Assembly: GCA_964653195.1 (NCBI GenBank)
Contig: CAZZCX010000003.1
Span: forward strand, 11,688-75,687
DNA length: 64,000 bases
From: an uncultured Gammaproteobacteria bacterium
Lineage (GTDB): Bacteria; Patescibacteriota; Microgenomatia; Levybacterales; UBA12049
Reading direction: 5' to 3'
Shown: piece by piece, positions 55,806 through 64,000 of the stretch
Numbering within the stretch: position 1 is the first letter of the stretch
Layout: each line of letters opens with the position of its first letter
The notes under the pieces: generated by a model
Told to the model about the DNA's origin: nothing
The model's input: the letters and a program-made list of their open reading frames with translations, nothing else
Database searches by the model: none
Translations under genes and position numbers: made by a program

Positions 55806-57013
55806 AAATAAATATGGCTATATTACCTAATCTTATAAAACTACTTATGAGTGATCGCCGGATTCGGATCGAAGCGACCCGCCGTGATCTCTCACTATTC
55901 TTCAGTTTTTACTTCACCAAATATATTAAATATGAAATTGCCCCATTTCAAAACGAGATATTAAGACTCCTTCAAGATGTGCAAAACAGACAAATTGTGA
56001 TAACAGCGTTCCGTAACTCTGCAAAGTCTACCTTTTGCAGTCTCGTACTTCCGATTTGGTCTGTGGTTGGGATACACAACAAGAAGAATATTTTACTGGT
56101 CAGCCAAACTGACCCGAAAGCGGAGCAACTGCTCATAGATATCCGCAGAATGCTGGTTTCCCAGAGTTTACTACTTGATGATCACGGCACTTTTTACAGT
56201 AGTAATGACGAATGGAACAAGCGGACTTTAGTGATACCAAAATACGGAGCAAGAATTACGGCAGTATCTATTGGCGAAAGTATTCGTGGAATGAGACATG
56301 AAGAGAGTCGTCCGGATCTAATTATTTACGACGATATTGAAGATGTTCAGTCGGCCAAAACCCAAGAAGGTCGAGATAAACTGTGGGAAATCGTCACCCG
56401 TGAATTTATGCCACTCGGGACCAAAGACACACGACACATTTTTATAGGAAATTTAGTCCATCCGGATTCTACTATGGTTCGTTTGCGAGAACTAATCTAA
56501 AGCGGAAGAATGTCAGGGATCTATCGAGAATATCCACTTATTAAAGATGATGTAATTTTATGGCCGGGACAATTTCCTGATATGGATGCTATTGAGGAAT
56601 TCAAAAAAAGCTTACCAAGCGAGATTGATTTTTTACGGGAATACATGCTTCAAATTATTCCGGAAGGCAGTCGGCTTGTGTTTGCGAAAGATATCCAAAG
56701 ATATGAAGAAAATGATCTGCGTTCTCGATCCGACTTTCAAATGTATCTAATTTTGATTGATCCAGCGGTATCGGGAGAGAGAACATCAAAACATGATAAA
56801 ACCAGCATTATTGTTGTGAGAGTTTACGGATCAGGTGAAACAATGAAAATGTATATCAGCCCCAATCCAATTAATGACTGGCTTGAGTGGCCGCAAATCA
56901 TTGAAAAGGTTCAGAACATAGTTGCTTCATTTGGAGAATCCGCTACATTGAAATTGCAATACAATGCAAGTTTCTATAGCAATAAAAACATTCTAGTCGA
57001 TCTTGGAATGTAA
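55802..57013 (+). pseudogene. Phage terminase large subunit, split by in-frame TAA (56498-56500) and apparently 3'-truncated
   Basis: AFRNSAKST Walker A, IRG.R, LIIYDDIED Walker B; 56510-57013 is the same frame with LWP, FLREY and IDPA nuclease motifs. Confidence 0.8.
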
Positions 57014-57029
57014 TAACAGATCTGTTATT

Positions 57030-57059
57030 TCAAAAACCCCTTTTAAAAGGGGTTTTTGA
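57030..57059. terminator. 30-bp perfect palindrome, probable bidirectional terminator
   Basis: TCAAAAACCCCTTTTAAAAGGGGTTTTTGA. Confidence 0.7.
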
Positions 57060-57093
57060 TTGGTTTTGATACCCTATCCTGTATAATACACTT

Positions 57094-57768
57094 ATGAGAA
57101 TTTTGGTAGTTGAAGATGAGTCAAAGCTTTCTAACAACATTAAGCAAGGATTAACAGAAAGTGGATTTGCTGTTGATCAGGCATTTGATGGTGAAGAGGG
57201 GCAATATTTGGCAGAATCAGAAGAGTATGATGCAATCGTGCTTGATGTCATGCTACCAAAGATTGACGGTGTGACCTTATGCAAAGAGCTACGTAGAAAA
57301 CAGAAAAAAACTCCGATACTTATGCTCACTGCAAAGTCCAGGTTAGATGACAAGATAGAAGGACTTGATGCAGGAGCGGATGATTATCTAACAAAACCGT
57401 TTGAATTTGCTGAACTGAAATCCCGTATCAATGCACTTTTGCGCAGAAGTCATAACCAAGCAGAGACAATCATTGCCATAGGAGATCTTGTGGTTGATCC
57501 AAAATCACATAAGGTGGAACGAAATAGTAAAACCATTTCTTTAACTGCAAAAGAATTTGCCATTTTAGAATTTCTAGCACGACATAAAGATGAGGTCGTA
57601 ACACGAACACAAATACTTGAACATACATGGGATTATAATTTCGACAGTATGTCCAACATAGTTGATGTTTTTGTAGCAACCTTAAGAAAAAAAATTGATG
57701 GAGAGTCCAAAAAGAAATTATTGCATACAGTTAGAGGTGTAGGCTTTAAATTAAGCGAACAGGGATAA
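57094..57768 (+). CDS. OmpR-family response regulator (CusR/CzcR-like)
   Basis: VVEDE, LDVMLP, GADDYLTKPF, VDVFV..LRKKID, TVRGVGF. Confidence 0.93.
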   Translation: MRILVVEDESKLSNNIKQGLTESGFAVDQAFDGEEGQYLAESEEYDAIVLDVMLPKIDGVTLCKELRRKQKKTPILMLTAKSRLDDKIEGLDAGADDYLTKPFEFAELKSRINALLRRSHNQAETIIAIGDLVVDPKSHKVERNSKTISLTAKEFAILEFLARHKDEVVTRTQILEHTWDYNFDSMSNIVDVFVATLRKKIDGESKKKLLHTVRGVGFKLSEQG

Positions 57769-57769
57769 T

Positions 57770-58771
57770 ATGAATACTTTACTTAAGACTCTTCGTGCCC
57801 GCCTAATTCTTGGATATGTTGGTAGTATCGCTTTTTTTACCCTCTTTTTCTATATAGTAGTACATAATTTTGCGCTACCACATAGTGATCATATTTATAT
57901 AGTTCTATTTGTGATTTTTACTGTTTTAGGAATATTTCTTATTTATCGCATAACGAAATCAATAACCTATGTATCCTCCAGAATACGTCATATATCACGA
58001 AAAAACCTTGATGAGAGAATCACAGATATTAATTCAGAGGATGAAATTGGTGAACTTGCAGCATCATTCAATAGCTTACTTGATAACATGAATGATGCAT
58101 TTAAAAGAGAACAACAATTTATTGGAGATGTTGCACACGAATTAAAAACCCCGCTTGCTACACAAAGAAGTTCTCTTGAGGTAACTCTCTCCAAAGACAG
58201 GACGAAAGAAGATTATAAGAAGGCGTTGGAATCAGCACTCGAAGAAAATAACCATATATCATCAACACTGAAAAATGTACTTGATCTTGCCTGGTCTGAA
58301 ACACATGAAGAAAAGAAAAACAGTGCAGTTTTTGATCTATCGGAATTAATGGAAGAATTACGTGATATTACAGAAAAGTTGGCTCAATCCAAAAAAATAA
58401 CAGTTGAAGCGTCAATTCACGAGGATATACATGTAGAAGGATTTAAAGATAAGCTAGCAAGAGCCTTACTTAATATAATTGATAATGCAGTGAAATATAC
58501 GCATAAAGGAAAGATATCAATAAAACTCAGAAAGTCACACAACAGGGCATTTTTGACAATTTCTGATACAGGTCAAGGAATAGAATCTGAAGAATTAACC
58601 AAAATTTTTACTAGATTTTATAGAGGTTCAAAAACAGATAAAATTTTAGGTTCAGGATTAGGTTTGGCAATAACAAAATCTGTAATTACACTTCACAATG
58701 GACATATTAATGTTGAAAGTAAATTGAATATAGGTACAACGTTTACTATTATCCTTCCTCTGGCTCAATAG
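57770..58771 (+). CDS. Sensor histidine kinase (2 close TMs, HAMP, HisKA, HATPase)
   Basis: AHELKTPL, NAVKY, DTGQGI, GSGLGL. Confidence 0.93.
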   Translation: MNTLLKTLRARLILGYVGSIAFFTLFFYIVVHNFALPHSDHIYIVLFVIFTVLGIFLIYRITKSITYVSSRIRHISRKNLDERITDINSEDEIGELAASFNSLLDNMNDAFKREQQFIGDVAHELKTPLATQRSSLEVTLSKDRTKEDYKKALESALEENNHISSTLKNVLDLAWSETHEEKKNSAVFDLSELMEELRDITEKLAQSKKITVEASIHEDIHVEGFKDKLARALLNIIDNAVKYTHKGKISIKLRKSHNRAFLTISDTGQGIESEELTKIFTRFYRGSKTDKILGSGLGLAITKSVITLHNGHINVESKLNIGTTFTIILPLAQ

Positions 58772-58773
58772 CT

Positions 58774-58807
58774 CTTCATAATTTCTTAATATTTCATTTA
58801 GTATCCT
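58774..58807 (+). promoter_or_regulatory. Response-regulator box copy 1 plus -10
   Basis: CTTCAT-N5-CTTAAT-N11-TATCCT. Confidence 0.65.
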
Positions 58808-58826
58808 CTGCATAGGTATAAAAACT

Positions 58827-59354
58827 ATGCATCATAATAAACAAAACTACAGCTCGGGGATTAGCGAAAAAAAGATTGGTATTCTTTTGATTCTTACAAC
58901 AGTAGCGATTTTATTTGGTGGCATTCTTTTTCTTAACAATACATCTGCATCATCCCAGGTAGTCGCATCAGCTAACGCCGAAGCTGTTGTAGAGAGTGAT
59001 ACCTACGACTGGGGGAATATTCCGATCAACGGTGGAAATGTTACCAAAAAATTTAGTATCAGAAATACTGGTTCTGATCCATTGCAACTTACCAATATTA
59101 GAACATCATGTCACTGCACAACAGCCAGTGTCACAATTTACGGCAATGAAAGTCCATCATTTGGAATGAGTGGAACTTCTCAATGGGTTGGAGAAGTGAA
59201 GCCAGGACAAGAAGCAACATTAAATGTTGTCTTTGATCCTCTATTTCATGGTCCGCAGGGAACTGGTCCAGTAAACAGATATATCTCAGTCGAAACAAAT
59301 GACAAATCAAATAGTAAATTAACATTTTCATTAACAGGAGTCGTTATTAAATAA
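58827..59354 (+). CDS. DUF1573-like Ig-fold protein with CxC motif
   Basis: YDWG.I, F.IRNTG..PL, TSCHCT, FDP.FHGP.G.G. Confidence 0.75.
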   Translation: MHHNKQNYSSGISEKKIGILLILTTVAILFGGILFLNNTSASSQVVASANAEAVVESDTYDWGNIPINGGNVTKKFSIRNTGSDPLQLTNIRTSCHCTTASVTIYGNESPSFGMSGTSQWVGEVKPGQEATLNVVFDPLFHGPQGTGPVNRYISVETNDKSNSKLTFSLTGVVIK

Positions 59355-59355
59355 T

Positions 59356-60198
59356 ATGGGAGGAATGGAAGGGGTATTATTACAAACATCACTTATAGCA
59401 GCGTTCGTTGCAGGTATTGTTGCACTCTTTGCGCCATGCTGTATTTCATTTTTGCTTCCAGCATATCTAGGTAATGTCTTCAAGGAGAAAGAAAAAGTTG
59501 TCCTCATGACTCTTATATTTGGAGCTGGCATTTTTACAGTTATGATGCCTGCAGTGTTAGGAGTAGCAGCATTATCACGATTTTTGTTTGACTATCATGA
59601 TGGGATTTATTATCTAGGAGGTGTTGTCATGCTTTTATCCGCAGCAATAACTTTTCTTGGTATAAAATTCCCAATGCCACAATTACCAGGGAGAGATACT
59701 ACTAAAACAGATCCATTGTCAGTATTTACCCTTGGTATATTTTCAGGAATTACTAGTGCATGCTGCGCTCCTGTTTTAATTGGTATATTAACCCTTACCT
59801 TCTTATCTCCTAACTTTTTTGGGGCAATGGCTATAGGTGGAATGTATGTATTAGGAATGGTGATGCCGCTTCTTTTCATTGCGGTCTTTTTATCAGGAAA
59901 GATGACAAGGTTTATGTTTTTACGAAAACCTGTTACAAGTTTTAACTTCTTAGGTAAAGAAAGAACAGTAATTATGAGTAATCTGATTGCAAGTATCATC
60001 TTTTTCCTGACAGGGATATTTATCATTTATTTGAAATCAATCGGAAGACTTGGCATGGAAGATACAGAAGGATTCACGAAGATGATTACTGATGCTAGTA
60101 GCTATGTCAATCAATTTGTCGGTGGAAGCATACTGCTCAATATCATTTTTGTCGTCCTGATCATATATGGACTATATAAGATTGCAAAGCGAGCATAA
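59356..60198 (+). CDS. CcdA/DsbD-like thiol-disulfide membrane protein
   Basis: FAPCC..LLPAY and SACCAPVL TM Cys motifs. Confidence 0.8.
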   Translation: MGGMEGVLLQTSLIAAFVAGIVALFAPCCISFLLPAYLGNVFKEKEKVVLMTLIFGAGIFTVMMPAVLGVAALSRFLFDYHDGIYYLGGVVMLLSAAITFLGIKFPMPQLPGRDTTKTDPLSVFTLGIFSGITSACCAPVLIGILTLTFLSPNFFGAMAIGGMYVLGMVMPLLFIAVFLSGKMTRFMFLRKPVTSFNFLGKERTVIMSNLIASIIFFLTGIFIIYLKSIGRLGMEDTEGFTKMITDASSYVNQFVGGSILLNIIFVVLIIYGLYKIAKRA

Positions 60199-60202
60199 AA
60201 AT

Positions 60203-60236
60203 CTTAATGATTTCTTAATAATTTATTTAGTAACCT
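60203..60236 (+). promoter_or_regulatory. Response-regulator box copy 2 plus -10
   Basis: CTTAAT-N5-CTTAAT-N11-TAACCT. Confidence 0.7.
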
Positions 60237-60242
60237 AAGATT

Positions 60243-61604
60243 ATGAATAAAACAACAATAGATATTACCGGAATGCACTGCAAGTCATGTGAAATCCTCA
60301 TTGGAGATGAATTATTAAAAATCCCAAATGTTAAGAATGCAAAAGTATCCCAAAAAAAAGGGTGTGCTGAAATAATCCATGAAGGTAGATTAAATCATAA
60401 TGATGTGGCTTATGCAGTGAAAGAGGCAGGATATTCACTCGGAAAAGAAAAACGACATTTCTTTTCAAGAAATCCTGAAGATTACACAGAACTAGGAATT
60501 GCTGTTACCGCACTTTTTATTATTTGGGCTGTAGCCTACTTAAATGGATGGTTTAATGTTGATGCCTCTGGTCTTAATAATTATGCAAGCCTTCCTATTG
60601 TTTTTCTTATAGGTATTACAGCAGGAATCTCAACATGTATGGCACTCATTGGAGGATTAGTATTGGGTGCGGCCGCTAGATTTTCAGAAAAGCATCCAGC
60701 TGCTACTGCATTACAGAAATTTAAACCTCATCTCTATTTTAATCTTGGTCGAATACTTTCATTTTTCTTCTTTGGTGCAGTAATCGGGTATCTCGGATCA
60801 TTCTTCAGACTAGCACCTTCAACACTTGGCTTTCTTATTATTCTTGTAGGTATCGTTATGCTTTTCCTGGGATTACAACTTGTCGACATATTCCCTAAAT
60901 TAAGCGGTATGACTTTTACTTTACCAAAACAATTAAGTAATCTACTTGGTATTAAAAGTCGTAACGACAAAGAATATAGCCATAAGAATTCGATGATTCT
61001 TGGTGCTATGACATTTTTCCTCCCTTGTGGTTTTACTCAGGCAATGCAGCTTTTCGCGATGAGTACAGGCAGTCCAGTTACCGGAGCATTAACAATGGGA
61101 GTATTCGCTATCGGAACAGCTCCAGGGCTTCTCTCAATTGGAGGACTGACATCAGTTGTTAAGGGAGCATTTGCAAGAGTATTCTTTCGATTCGCAGGAG
61201 CAGTCGTTATCGCTCTTGCTTTCTTTAATATAACAAGCGGATATACATTAACCGGAATAAAAGGTATTTCCCTGCCTAAATTCGATAATGTCCTTTCTTC
61301 ATCAACAAGCAATGCGGCTCCAAAAGGAGAAGTTCAAGTTATAAAAGCGACATATTCCGCATCAAACGGTTTTCAACCAAAAGAACTAAGCGTTAAAGCA
61401 GGTGTTCCCGCACGACTTGAAGTAGAGGCGTTTGATAATGGTGCTGGATGCATGGGAAGTATAGCCTTACCTGGTTTATCACAAAACATGGAGATCTTTA
61501 AGAAAGGTCAAAAAGCAGTGTTTGATTTCACAGCAGAAAGTACCGGATCATACACGATAGCTTGCGCGATGGGTATTCCTCACGGAACCCTCAAAGCTAT
61601 TTAA
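60243..61604 (+). CDS. HMA + DsbD_2/TauE-like TM + cupredoxin multidomain copper protein
   Basis: GMHCKSC; STCMAL.GG, FNLGR, LPCGFTQAMQ; C-terminal C.MG. Confidence 0.83.
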   Translation: MNKTTIDITGMHCKSCEILIGDELLKIPNVKNAKVSQKKGCAEIIHEGRLNHNDVAYAVKEAGYSLGKEKRHFFSRNPEDYTELGIAVTALFIIWAVAYLNGWFNVDASGLNNYASLPIVFLIGITAGISTCMALIGGLVLGAAARFSEKHPAATALQKFKPHLYFNLGRILSFFFFGAVIGYLGSFFRLAPSTLGFLIILVGIVMLFLGLQLVDIFPKLSGMTFTLPKQLSNLLGIKSRNDKEYSHKNSMILGAMTFFLPCGFTQAMQLFAMSTGSPVTGALTMGVFAIGTAPGLLSIGGLTSVVKGAFARVFFRFAGAVVIALAFFNITSGYTLTGIKGISLPKFDNVLSSSTSNAAPKGEVQVIKATYSASNGFQPKELSVKAGVPARLEVEAFDNGAGCMGSIALPGLSQNMEIFKKGQKAVFDFTAESTGSYTIACAMGIPHGTLKAI

Positions 61605-61605
61605 T

Positions 61606-61639
61606 CTTAATAATTCCTTAATAATTTATTTAGTAAGCT
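61606..61639 (+). promoter_or_regulatory. Response-regulator box copy 3 plus -10
   Basis: CTTAAT-N5-CTTAAT-N11-TAAGCT. Confidence 0.7.
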
Positions 61640-61645
61640 AAACAT

Positions 61646-61855
61646 ATGAAAACAACTACATTAAAACTTTCAGGACTTACATGCACAGCATGTACAAAGT
61701 TAATTACAAAACGAATTAAAACGATTGTTGATGTTGCAGATGTAACTGTCGAACTTCCTGGTACAGCGACTATAAAAGCTGAAAGAGAAGTTACAGAAGA
61801 AGAAGTTAAAAAAGTATTAGAAGGGACACATTATAGTGTTGTTGGAAAAAAATAA
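61646..61855 (+). CDS. CopZ-like heavy-metal chaperone
   Basis: GLTCTAC HMA motif, 69 aa. Confidence 0.85.
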   Translation: MKTTTLKLSGLTCTACTKLITKRIKTIVDVADVTVELPGTATIKAEREVTEEEVKKVLEGTHYSVVGKK

Positions 61856-61856
61856 T

Positions 61857-64000
61857 ATGAATCAACCGTTATCATTTAATGTAAAAGGAATGACCTGCAC
61901 ATCATGCGAAATGCTTATCAAAGATGAGCTTGGTGATGTGAAAGGTGTTAGTGATGTAGCAATTAATCATAAAACAGGTAAAGGATCACTAACTTATGAT
62001 GCCGCTTTAGTTACCGGCGACATGATACGAAAAGCGGTAAAAAACGCAGGATATGATGCAGTTTTTGCGGAAGAACCAAAGACAAATGGTTTGGCAAATC
62101 AGAATGGAATAAGTAAAAATACACTTCTCTTTAAGCAAGCAGTCAAAGAGACTCCTCTTAAAGTAACGATTCAAACAAAAATAGAGGCGAAAGGAAAAGT
62201 ATTGCAGGATGAGAATAATAATTTAGTTTTTGAAGGTGAATTTGATAGTAATAGTGCTACAAAAGTTACATTACCAAAAGGAATTGAAGAAAAGTCAAAA
62301 GAACATTTAGAAAATGTTTTTCGTTCAATTAACTTCTCAACCTTGCTTGATAGAACCTCTCAAAAAAATCCACAGTCTTTAACTAATGGGAAGACTAATT
62401 CTATTAGCGTACAGGAACAGACTAAGGATGAGGAGTATGAAGAAGCTGATGAAAATAAAAGAGTACAGCTTATCCTCTCCGGTATGCACTGCACATCCTG
62501 CTCACATATTATTGAGCGAGGTCTAATGAAAGTTGAAGGTGTAAAAGAGGCACATGTTAATTTTTCTGCTGAAAAGGCGACAGTTACATTTGATGAAAGT
62601 CTGGCAGATGAGGAGGACTTAATTAAAGCTGTTAATAAGTCAGGCTACAAAGCTGTAATACTTGATGCTGCAGATACAGAGTATGAAGCGAAAAAAAGAA
62701 AGGAGGAAATCAAACTACAAACATTTAAGTTTGTCGTAAGTTTCCTGTTAAGTGCGCCAATGCTTTACTTCATGTTGTTTGATTTCTTCACTTGGATTCC
62801 AGGTAGAGCTTTCTTATTCCCATATATCGGTTTAGTCTCATTCCTGCTTGCTGCACCAGTTCAGTTTATTATAGGCGCATCATTTTATAAAGGAATGTGG
62901 TCAGCTCTCCGAATGAAGACTTTTAATATGGATAGTCTTATTGCCATTGGTACAACAGTTGCTTTCTTCTATAGCGTAGTCAGTTATTTTATCTATGTAA
63001 ATACAACAGGATCATTACTTGGCCTCAACGGAGAAAAGATTCCGGATCTATACTTTGAAACAGCAGCATTTCTTATTACCTTTGTAATTCTCGGCAAACT
63101 ACTTGAAGCGAAGGCAAAAGGACGTACCTCAGATGCAATTAAAAAGCTCATGGGACTTCAAGCAAAAACAGCACGTGTTATCCGAAATGGAGTAGCACAA
63201 GATATTTCTATAGATGAAGTAGTTGCAGGTGATGTTATCCTTGTTCGACCTGGGGAGAAAGTACCTGTCGATGGTGTTATTGTAAAAGGCTCATCCTCGG
63301 TTGATGAATCTATGATCACCGGAGAAAGTTTACCTGTAGAGAAAAATATTGAAGATACAGTAATAGGTGGAACAATTAATAAAACTGGCAGCTTTGAATT
63401 TAAAGCAACTAAAGTAGGTGCTGAGACAACTCTCTCACAAATTATTCGCCTTGTAGAAGATGCACAAGGTTCTAAAGCGCCAATTCAAGCATTTGCAGAT
63501 AGAATCTCAGCGTGGTTTGTTCCTGCAGTTATCTTGATAGCAATCCTTACGTTCGTCGTCTGGTACTTCTTCCTTGGTGCGACACTGGCGTTTGCGCTCA
63601 TGACGTTTACAGCTGTTATCGTTATCGCTTGCCCATGCGCATTAGGACTTGCAACACCTACAGCTATCATGGTGGGTACAGGAAAAGGTGCAGAGCATGG
63701 AATTTTAGTTAAAGGTGGAGAACCACTTGAAGCAGCAAATAAGATCAATACAATCGTTTTTGACAAGACAGGAACACTTACCAAAGGTAAGCCAGAAGTT
63801 ACCGATATAATTCCGCTTTCAGGAATGGATGAAGATGATTTTCTTGCTATCGCTGCAAGTCTTGAGAAGCAGTCAGAACATCCACTTGCAGAAGCAATCT
63901 ACTCTTATGCAAATGATGAAGATATAGAACTGGCTGAAGGACAAAACTTCTCCGCTATTCCAGGTCATGGGGTACAAGGCGATGTTGACGGAACAACGTA
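61857..64000 (+). CDS. copA: Cu(I)-translocating P1B-type ATPase (runs off window; absent from ORF track)
   Basis: Hand-read [17 protein letters not shown], second [38 protein letters not shown]. Confidence 0.93.
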   Translation, partial: MNQPLSFNVKGMTCTSCEMLIKDELGDVKGVSDVAINHKTGKGSLTYDAALVTGDMIRKAVKNAGYDAVFAEEPKTNGLANQNGISKNTLLFKQAVKETPLKVTIQTKIEAKGKVLQDENNNLVFEGEFDSNSATKVTLPKGIEEKSKEHLENVFRSINFSTLLDRTSQKNPQSLTNGKTNSISVQEQTKDEEYEEADENKRVQLILSGMHCTSCSHIIERGLMKVEGVKEAHVNFSAEKATVTFDESLADEEDLIKAVNKSGYKAVILDAADTEYEAKKRKEEIKLQTFKFVVSFLLSAPMLYFMLFDFFTWIPGRAFLFPYIGLVSFLLAAPVQFIIGASFYKGMWSALRMKTFNMDSLIAIGTTVAFFYSVVSYFIYVNTTGSLLGLNGEKIPDLYFETAAFLITFVILGKLLEAKAKGRTSDAIKKLMGLQAKTARVIRNGVAQDISIDEVVAGDVILVRPGEKVPVDGVIVKGSSSVDESMITGESLPVEKNIEDTVIGGTINKTGSFEFKATKVGAETTLSQIIRLVEDAQGSKAPIQAFADRISAWFVPAVILIAILTFVVWYFFLGATLAFALMTFTAVIVIACPCALGLATPTAIMVGTGKGAEHGILVKGGEPLEAANKINTIVFDKTGTLTKGKPEVTDIIPLSGMDEDDFLAIAASLEKQSEHPLAEAIYSYANDEDIELAEGQNFSAIPGHGVQGDVDGTT

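Noticed and set aside
56498-56500. Programmed readthrough of the TerL TAA
   Set aside because: TAA is a common stop in the window and TerL is also 3'-truncated; decay is simpler.
47068-57059. Defined genomic island integrated at tRNA-Gly
   Set aside because: No integrase and no duplicated tRNA-Gly end seen; the tRNA 3' end points away from the accessory region.
605-63784. Many 60-190 aa antisense or nested ORFs in the track (e.g. 20513-21073, 33567-34001, 59610-60026, 63485-63784)
   Set aside because: They shadow well-supported genes and carry no recognisable motifs.

Overview
AT-rich bacterial chromosome window, most consistent with a Patescibacteria/CPR (Microgenomates-like) genome. This is an inference from a PPIase-less trigger factor, short PheT/ThrS, a complete type IV pilus locus and CPR-typical DUF-like proteins. 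Layout: type IV pilus operon (1-9.3 kb); translation housekeeping genes; serine and aromatic amino-acid genes; recG, tyrS, PBP, pheST, thrS-infC-rpmI-rplT; small metabolic operons of unclear function; seven tRNAs; an accessory region with metal/redox genes, a decayed phage packaging module and a two-component-regulated copper island whose CopA runs off the window end. The main finding is absent from the ORF track: five short leader peptides, each followed by an antiterminator/terminator pair with classical ribosome-mediated attenuator geometry and each enriched for a different amino acid. They are Ser (serB-serA/serC), Phe/Tyr/Trp (DAHP synthase/chorismate mutase/TyrA-PDT cluster, at the pheM position), Met (DUF62 SAM hydrolase), Ile/Val/Leu (two isonitrile-synthase-family proteins plus a ROK kinase) and possibly Lys (ATP-grasp plus M20 peptidase). 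Also seen: a minimal GIY-YIG cassette flanked by a duplicated tRNA-Val 3' end, a similar scar at tRNA-Leu, candidate small RNAs, unannotated small proteins and a thrice-repeated response-regulator box. All calls were made by eye; no databases were searched.
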